Positions 57,655 through 64,000 of a DNA stretch of 64,000 nt are shown piece after piece. Each line of letters opens with the position of its first letter. Position 1 is the stretch's first letter. A program made the position numbers and the translations under genes. The notes below the pieces were generated by a model, which did not search any database, was not told the DNA's origin, and was given only the letters and a program-made list of their open reading frames with translations. The DNA is from Chloroflexota bacterium (GTDB lineage: Bacteria; Chloroflexota; UBA11872; VXOZ01), in assembly GCA_963663275.1 (NCBI GenBank), contig OY760183.1, forward strand, positions 672,001-736,000. The letters are read 5' to 3'.

Positions 57655-58541
57655 AAGTAGCCTTCATCGGTCTCGGCACCATGGGCATGCACATGGCCGT
57701 CAACCTTCGGGCGGCAGGCCACGACGTCTACGCCTTCAACCGCACCCGCGCCAAAGCGGAAGCGTTCGTTGCCTCCGGCGGCACGCTGGTGGAGACCCCG
57801 CGGGAAGCGGCGGAGCGGGCGGATTGCGTCCTCTCCTGCGTTTCCATGCCGGAAGACGTGGAGGAAGTCTTCCTGGGCGCGGCCGGCGCGATCCACGGCT
57901 CGCGGCCGGGGCAGGTCTTCGTCGACCACAGCACCATAGACCCGGCCACCGCGCAACGCGTCGGCGCCGCGCTGGCGGAGAAGCAGGTGCAGTTCATCGA
58001 CGCCCCCATCAGCGGCGGCCCCATGGGCGCGGAGGCCGGCACGCTGGCTATCATGGCCGGCGGCGAGGCCGAGGCGTTCGCCGCCGCCGAGCCGCTCTTC
58101 CAGGCCATGGGCGAAAACATCTTCCACGTCGGCCCGCTCGGCGCCGGTTCGGTGGTCAAGCTCCAGAACCAACTGCTCGTGGGCATCAACCTGGCCGGCA
58201 TCGTGGAAGCGATGGTGCTGGGGGCTAAGAACGGCGTAGACCCGGAAACGTCCTACCAGGTGCTGGGCACGGCCATGGGCGACAGCCGCATGTTGCACCG
58301 CGCCATGCCGGACTTCATCCTGCAGCGCAACTTCGCCCCGGCCTTCGCCATCAAGCTGCTGGTGAAAGACCTGCGGCTGGCTACCCAACTCGGCCAGCAG
58401 GCCGAGGTGCGCATGTTGGTCAGCAACCTCACCCAGCTTGTCTACGAGGAAGCCATCGCCCAAGGCCTGGCCGACGAAGACCAGACGGCGGTGGTCAAGC
58501 CGCTGGAAGAACTGGCCAAGGTGGAGGTTGCGCAGGCGTGA
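57651..58541 (+). CDS. Beta-hydroxyacid dehydrogenase (3-hydroxyisobutyrate/tartronate semialdehyde reductase family)
   Basis: Motifs FIGLGTMG, DAPISGG, GSVVKLQNQ and KDLRLA. Confidence 0.9.
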   Translation: MKVAFIGLGTMGMHMAVNLRAAGHDVYAFNRTRAKAEAFVASGGTLVETPREAAERADCVLSCVSMPEDVEEVFLGAAGAIHGSRPGQVFVDHSTIDPATAQRVGAALAEKQVQFIDAPISGGPMGAEAGTLAIMAGGEAEAFAAAEPLFQAMGENIFHVGPLGAGSVVKLQNQLLVGINLAGIVEAMVLGAKNGVDPETSYQVLGTAMGDSRMLHRAMPDFILQRNFAPAFAIKLLVKDLRLATQLGQQAEVRMLVSNLTQLVYEEAIAQGLADEDQTAVVKPLEELAKVEVAQA

Positions 58542-59691
58542 GCGCGCCGAGCACAGACGCGGGCGGGCCTGGGAATGGCGCAAGCGCGCCGGGCACAGGC
58601 GCGACCGAAACGGAGAAAGGCGGGAGCGCGCCCCACGCCGCGCCCGCTTCCGCGATCCGCATCCCCGCCGGGCGTCTTGAAGCCTTCGCGCGGGACGTGC
58701 TCGTGCACGCGGGCATCCCGCCGGAGCACGCGGCCCAGTCGGCGCGCCACCTGGCGCTCTGCGACCTGCGCGGCGTGGAAAGCCACGGCATCACGCGCCT
58801 CTCCGCGCTGGTGCAGCGCATTCGCAACGGCGCGGTCAACGCCAGGCCGAACATCCGCGTGGAGCGCCAACGCGCCGCCTCGGCCCTGGTGGACGGCGAC
58901 AACGGCCTCGGCGTGCCGGTCAGCGCGTACGCTACCCAACTGGCGATCGAGCGCGCCCAGGCGCAGGGCATCGGCGCGGTGGGCGTGCGCAATAGCAACC
59001 ACTTCGGCATGGCCGCCGACTACGCCCTGCGCATGGCGGAAGCCGCGTGCCTGGGCATCATCACCACCAATTCCAGCCCGGCCATGGTGCCCTGGGGCGC
59101 GGCCAGGAAGTTCCTGGGCACCAATCCGATCTGCTTCGGCGCGCCCACCCATGACGAACCGCTCATCCTGGACATGGCGACAAGCGTGGTGGCAATGGGA
59201 CACGTGGTGCTGGCGGAGAAGCGCGGCAAGCCTATCCCGGAAACGTGGGCGCTCGGCCCGGACGGCCTGCCCACCACCGACCCGACCCGCGCCCGGCAGG
59301 GCGGCGCGCGCCCCTTGGCGGACTACAAAGGCTCCGGCCTGGCGTTCATGATCGAGGTCTTCACCTCGCTGCTCACCGGCGCGACGCTGGGCGTGCACGC
59401 CGCGGGCTTCTTCAGCGACATGACCCGGCCGCCGACGTGGCGCACCTCTTCATTGCCATCGACATCGCCGCGTTCATGGACATGGAGCGGTTCAAGGAGC
59501 GCCTGGAGGCGCTCATCGCGGAGATGCGGGAACTGCCGCTGGCGCCGGGATTCGAGCGGGTTACGCTGCCCGGCGAGATCGAGGCGGAGCGCATGGCGGA
59601 ACGCCGGGCAAACGGCGTGCCGCTGGATGCCGCGGTGCTCGCCGACCTCCAAAACCTGGCCGCGCAGACGGGAGTCCCACTATCGGTATGA
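58538..59691 (+). pseudogene. Ldh_2 family oxidoreductase (AllD/YiaK/ComC-like) with a 1-bp frameshift near 59430
   Basis: DLRGVESHG, RNSNHFG, LGTNPI, DMATS and YKGSGL are in one frame. The expected C-terminus HLFIAIDI...VTLPGEIE...GVPL is in the -1 frame ending at 59691. Confidence 0.8.
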
Positions 59692-59740
59692 ACGCGACGC
59701 GGCCGCTGTGTACTCACCTCATTTGCGGGGGCTTCGTGTA

Positions 59741-61558
59741 ATGGCGCTTCCGCTCTTCGAACGCCAGGCGCTCGTGGAACGCGCCCACCGCATCCTGGAG
59801 GACGGCGCGCGCGCGCTGAGCCTTGCGGAATTGGCGCGGGCGGCCATGCAGATGAACGGCGCGCTGCCCGCTCCCCTGCTGCAACTCCTGGAAGCCAAAC
59901 TGGTGGCCGACGGCCGCTTTGCCCAGAACGCCGCCGGCGGTTGGGGCCTGGCGCAGTGGGGCGCGGCAAACCCGGCGGAAGCGCTGAGTTCCCAGGTATT
60001 CGTGGTGCTGGACGTGGAGACCACCGGCGGCATCGCGGGACGCCACCGCATCATCGAGCTTGGCGCCGTGCGCGTCTGCAACGGCGAGGAAATCGCGCGC
60101 TTCCACTCCTTCGTGAATCCGGGGCGGCGGGTGAGCAAGCGCATCTGGCAACTCACCGGCATCAGCGACGACATGCTCTGCGACGCGCCGCCGGCCGGCC
60201 CGGTGCTGGACGAACTCTACGCTTTCGTAGCCCACGTGCCGGTGGTGGGCCACAATATCGCCGGGGACCTCAACTTCCTGCGCAATGAGGCGCTCTGGAC
60301 GCAGCGCCGCCCGTTGAGCAATCTCTCGATCGACACGGTGACGTTGAGCACGCGGCTCATTCCGCAACTCAAGAAGCCCAGCCTGGAACGCCTGGCGCGC
60401 CACTTCGGCCTGAACGACGCGCCCAAGCACCGCGCGCTCAGCGACGCGCGGGTGACCGCCCAGTGCTTCATGCGCCTGCTGGCGGAAGTGCCCGCCGCGC
60501 ACGGCGCCAGCATGCAGACGTTCACGCACTGGTTGGAGAGTGGGAGGCAACAGCGGGCGCCGGCGCACCGCGCCGCCCTGCAAGCGCAAATCCGGCTCAT
60601 TCCCGCCCTGCCCGGCATCTATGTCTTCCGGGATAGCGAGGGCGCCGCGCTCTACGTGGGCAAGTCCAAGTCGCTCCAGCGGCGGGTGCGCAGCCATTTG
60701 GCGAACCCGGACCGCCTCTTCGACGGCATGATCGAGCGGCTGGAGCGCATCGACGTGGAGGTCACCGGCTCCGAGTTCGAGGCGCTGCTGCGCGAGGCGC
60801 AGGTCATCCAGGAGTTGCAGCCGGTCTACAACGTGCAGCAGCAGTATCGCCCTATGCAGCCCTACGTGCGGGTCTGGCGCAGCGAGCAAGCCGGTATCCA
60901 GGTGCGCACCAGCAGCCGGCTGCGGCCGGACGCCGCCGCCTACTTTGGGCCGTATCGAGGCCGCGCGGCGGCAAGCTGGAACGCGCGCGCGGCCCGGCGC
61001 TTGCTGGTCGCCGCGTCCGCGCTGCCGCCGCAAGACCAGGCTAACCTGGTCTTCCAGTTCCTGTCCGAAGGGCCGGAGGCGGTGGCGGACCGCTGGCAAG
61101 GCCGGGATGAGCCGGCCGCGGCGGCGGTCCTGCGCATTCTGCGGCGTCTGCGGGCGCGCCACCGTCCGCTTTCCGGCGGCTTTGCCGGCCACGACATTGT
61201 GCTCATCTATCCCGCCGATCCGCCGGAAGAGGTGCGCGTCTTCTTCGTCCGCAACGGCCAGATACTCGGACGCGAGACACTGGTGCCGGCCGCGGAGACG
61301 GCTATGGCGGAAACCCTCCGTGCGCTCTTCGGCCACTACCTCGCCTTGCCCGACAGCGCGGCCTCAGCGGATACGATCCGCCACTTCGTCTTGCAATGGG
61401 TGTACCAGCACCGCGATGACCCCGCCGTTATTCCCATCGACCCCGACCGCGTGCACGACGCGCTGGCCGCGGCGCACAAACGGCTCAAGCGCTTGGGCGT
61501 GATAGAGCCGCCGCCAACCCACCAGGAAGAGCGAAAAGATTCCCTCTCCCTGGGCTGA
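59741..61558 (+). CDS. DEDDh (DnaQ-like) exonuclease fused to a UvrC-type GIY-YIG nuclease
   Basis: Exonuclease motifs VVLDVETTG, VGHNIAGD and HRALSDA, then PGIYVF...LYVGKSKSLQRRVRSH...EFEALLREA...PVYN. Confidence 0.85.
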   Translation: MALPLFERQALVERAHRILEDGARALSLAELARAAMQMNGALPAPLLQLLEAKLVADGRFAQNAAGGWGLAQWGAANPAEALSSQVFVVLDVETTGGIAGRHRIIELGAVRVCNGEEIARFHSFVNPGRRVSKRIWQLTGISDDMLCDAPPAGPVLDELYAFVAHVPVVGHNIAGDLNFLRNEALWTQRRPLSNLSIDTVTLSTRLIPQLKKPSLERLARHFGLNDAPKHRALSDARVTAQCFMRLLAEVPAAHGASMQTFTHWLESGRQQRAPAHRAALQAQIRLIPALPGIYVFRDSEGAALYVGKSKSLQRRVRSHLANPDRLFDGMIERLERIDVEVTGSEFEALLREAQVIQELQPVYNVQQQYRPMQPYVRVWRSEQAGIQVRTSSRLRPDAAAYFGPYRGRAAASWNARAARRLLVAASALPPQDQANLVFQFLSEGPEAVADRWQGRDEPAAAAVLRILRRLRARHRPLSGGFAGHDIVLIYPADPPEEVRVFFVRNGQILGRETLVPAAETAMAETLRALFGHYLALPDSAASADTIRHFVLQWVYQHRDDPAVIPIDPDRVHDALAAAHKRLKRLGVIEPPPTHQEERKDSLSLG

Positions 61559-61713
61559 CAGGGGTAGGAATTCTAGAATCCGATTTCTCGTGTCACTCCG
61601 AGCGGAACGCAGGGGAGAGGCGCTAAGAGCGCGAAATCTAAGGCTTTTGCTGCAAGAACGTTGGTTCTAGATTCCTCGCTCCGCTCGGAATGACACTTGC
61701 CTACCCCTGTCAG
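61555..61713 (-). mobile_element. About 160-bp MITE (CTGACAGGGGTAGG ends) inside a family F hairpin; supplies the TGA stop of the upstream gene
   Basis: Perfect terminal inverted repeat. Flanks CTCTCCCTGGG (61544-61554) and CTTTCCCTGGG (61714-61724). Confidence 0.8.
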
Positions 61714-61869
61714 CTTTCCCTGGGGAGAGGCCGTAAAGACGAAGCGGCGCGAAAAGACCCCCTCTCCCTGGGGGAGAGGGCCGGGGTGAGGGGTTCAATG
61801 CCGCCGCACGACCTCCTGACGTAGGCAAGCACGGTCAACCCGCGCCCTTATACGACTCACCGCTCGCTG

Positions 61870-61911
61870 AACAGGGGTAGGGGCACGACACGTCGTGCCC
61901 CTACCCCTGTT
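61870..61911. repeat. Family A REP (61877-61904) with 7-bp arms
   Basis: AACAGGG-[REP]-CCCTGTT. Confidence 0.9.
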
Positions 61912-61923
61912 TTCCAATCAAGG

Positions 61924-62346
61924 CTAGCGTTTCCGCGACCGGGCCGCGGATTGCAGCGCGGCGCGCTCTGCCGGCGTCAGGTTGACGATGAAGAGTATGC
62001 CGGTGACCAGCGCCGGCAGGGCGGCGGCGCACCAGATGAGCACGTCCGCCAGGCTCTGCAGCCGCACCACCAGCAGTGACGAGAGCAGAAATCCCGCAAT
62101 CAGCCAATACACGCCGCCCGCGGCCGGGTGGCGGCGGGCCGCGAGGCCGCCGGCAAACCCAATTCCCACCGGTATCAGATGTACGGCCAAGCTATCCTGC
62201 GGCAGATCGGGAATGCCCACCCAGGGCGCAACGCCCACGATGCCCCAGGCGGGCGTCCACAGCAGCAGCAACGCCCACGCCAGGCGGCGGTACAGGAGGA
62301 CGCGCGAAGCGGGCGGCGCGGCGTGTTTATCTTCCGTTTTCGGCAT
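61924..62346 (-). CDS. Hypothetical membrane protein (about 4 TM segments)
   Basis: Four hydrophobic segments. GGAAAGG upstream. Confidence 0.65.
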   Translation of the reverse strand: MPKTEDKHAAPPASRVLLYRRLAWALLLLWTPAWGIVGVAPWVGIPDLPQDSLAVHLIPVGIGFAGGLAARRHPAAGGVYWLIAGFLLSSLLVVRLQSLADVLIWCAAALPALVTGILFIVNLTPAERAALQSAARSRKR

Positions 62347-62586
62347 GGCCGGCGGTACCTTTCCCGGATTTCGCGGTTGCGGTCGGGCTTCTCAGCAAGA
62401 GACGAGCGTGCACGGCCAAGGCGCATCCCGCGCAACCCGGCGGTTCGCTTCATCCACACGCACACCGGAGCAACAGAAAGCATTGTACCAGCGGCGCCAA
62501 GAGTTGGCGCGCCCATCACCTGTGCGCAACCGCCTCAAGCCGTTGGAAATCGTCCGCATAGCGTGACTAAACCCCCTCTCCCCCGG

Positions 62587-62726
62587 GAGACCTTTGCATA
62601 ACTCTGTCATTCCGGTGAAAACCGGAATCCAGAGCGCTTTTACAACTAAACATTGCATGGTTTCAAGCCATTTCACCCCCCATCCCAACCTTCCCCCCAG
62701 TGGGGAAGGGGTTACGCAAAGGTCTC
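62587..62726 (+). mobile_element. 140-bp MITE in the loop of a family F hairpin, target-site duplication CCCGG
   Basis: CCCGG at 62582-62586 and 62727-62731. Confidence 0.9.
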
Positions 62727-62972
62727 CCCGGGGAGAGGGTTGGGGTGAGGGGGTCTTTTCCCTCCGGCCGGGGCAGACGGCGCGCCGCCGCGCAGAGGCT
62801 CCGCTCCAGCATTTGCTACAATGAACAAGAGCACTCCTTGAACACAAGCCGTCCGCGGACGGATTCGCGCCGCGCGTATGAACGGCACACGCGCAAGACG
62901 CTAGCCGCTTATCCGTATGCATACCCAAGAGAATACGTTTCACAGACAGCCTCAGCACGAGAAACCCTCTTC

Positions 62973-64000
62973 GTGAACCAGCAGCACACTCGCAACTTCT
63001 GCATCATCGCGCACATCGACCACGGCAAGTCCACCCTGGCGGACCGGCTCCTGGAGCTAACCGGCGCGTTGGACGCGCGCAAGGCGGTGGAGCAGGCGCT
63101 CGACTCCATGGAACTCGAGCGCGAGCGCGGCATCACCATCAAGGCCAAAGCCGTCCGCATGATCTACGCGGCCGCCGACGGCGCCGACTACGAACTCAAC
63201 CTGCTCGATACGCCGGGGCACGTGGACTTTGCCTACGAGGTATCGCGGGCGCTCTCGGCCTGCGAGGGCGCGCTGCTGGTGGTGGACGCCTCCCAGGGCA
63301 TCGAGGCGCAGACGTTGACCAACCTCTACCAGGCGCTCAACCACGACCTCACCGTCATTCCCGTGATCAACAAGATCGACCTGCCCAGCGCGCAGCCCGA
63401 CGTGGTGGCGGCGGAGTTGGAAAACCTCGGTTTTGATCCGGAGGAGATGATCTTTGCTTCCGCCAAGACCGGAAGCGGCGCGGAAGAGGTACTGGCCGCC
63501 ATCGTGGAGCGCATCGCGCCGCCTTCCGGCGCGGAAGCGGCGGCCACCCGCGCGCTCATCTTCGATTCGCACTACGATCCCCACAAAGGCGTGGTCGCCT
63601 ACGTGCGCGTGGTGGAAGGCGCGCTGGCGGCGGGCGCGGAGATCCTGCTCATGCAGTCCGGCGCGCGCTCCGAGGCCATGGAGATCGGCACGTTTCGCCC
63701 CCATCCGGTCAAGGAGACGCGCCTGGCTACCGGCGAGGTGGGCTACGTGGCCAGCGGCCTCAAGACCCTGCGCGAGTGCCAGGTGGGCGATACCATCACC
63801 GTTGCCAAGGCCCCGGCCGCGGACCCGCTGCCCGGCTACCAACCGGCGAAACCGATGGTCTTCGCCGGTTTCTATCCGGTGGAGAGCGAGGACTACGCGC
63901 CGCTGCGCGACGCCCTGGATAAGCTCAAGCTCAACGACGCGGCCTTGACCTACGTGCCCGAGACCAGCCCGGCGCTGGGTTTCGGCTTCCGCTGCGGCTG
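62973..64000 (+). CDS. lepA: Elongation factor 4 (LepA), runs off the window end
   Basis: [49 protein letters not shown] and ALGFGFRCG. Missing from the ORF track because no stop lies in the window. Confidence 0.97.
   Translation, partial: MNQQHTRNFCIIAHIDHGKSTLADRLLELTGALDARKAVEQALDSMELERERGITIKAKAVRMIYAAADGADYELNLLDTPGHVDFAYEVSRALSACEGALLVVDASQGIEAQTLTNLYQALNHDLTVIPVINKIDLPSAQPDVVAAELENLGFDPEEMIFASAKTGSGAEEVLAAIVERIAPPSGAEAAATRALIFDSHYDPHKGVVAYVRVVEGALAAGAEILLMQSGARSEAMEIGTFRPHPVKETRLATGEVGYVASGLKTLRECQVGDTITVAKAPAADPLPGYQPAKPMVFAGFYPVESEDYAPLRDALDKLKLNDAALTYVPETSPALGFGFRCG

Noticed and set aside
58538-61558. Genuine 1006-aa dehydrogenase-nuclease fusion
   Set aside because: The dehydrogenase C-terminus is intact in another frame and the linker is out-of-frame sequence. 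This is two genes plus a frameshift.

Overview
High-GC bacterial chromosome segment, most likely from a Chloroflexota genome (inferred from the gene set, frequent TAG stops and repeat types). It is probably near the origin: a perfect parS site sits next to recF, and gyrA is nearby. About 55 CDS are present. Housekeeping genes: recF, gyrA, moaC, folB, rsmI, nadE with a separate nitrilase, pgsA and a partial lepA. The rest are mostly sugar and amino-acid catabolic enzymes plus small accessory genes in lower-GC patches. The intergenic DNA carries the strongest signal. (1) A REP-associated tyrosine (HUH/Y1) transposase at 9884-10501 is flanked by, and contains in frame, a 28-bp GTAG palindrome found 11 times in the window. 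Several copies have locus-specific inverted arms, and one has been amplified in tandem together with the 3' end of a host gene. (2) At least six other palindromic repeat families are present. (3) Three non-autonomous elements with terminal inverted repeats (140 bp, 177 bp, about 160 bp) carry these palindromes as cargo and insert into other palindromes with clear target-site duplications. A separate signal is a pair of paralogous small membrane-protein genes that share a conserved hairpin covering the ribosome-binding site and an apparent ATT start. All coordinates and counts were read by eye; no database searches were run.
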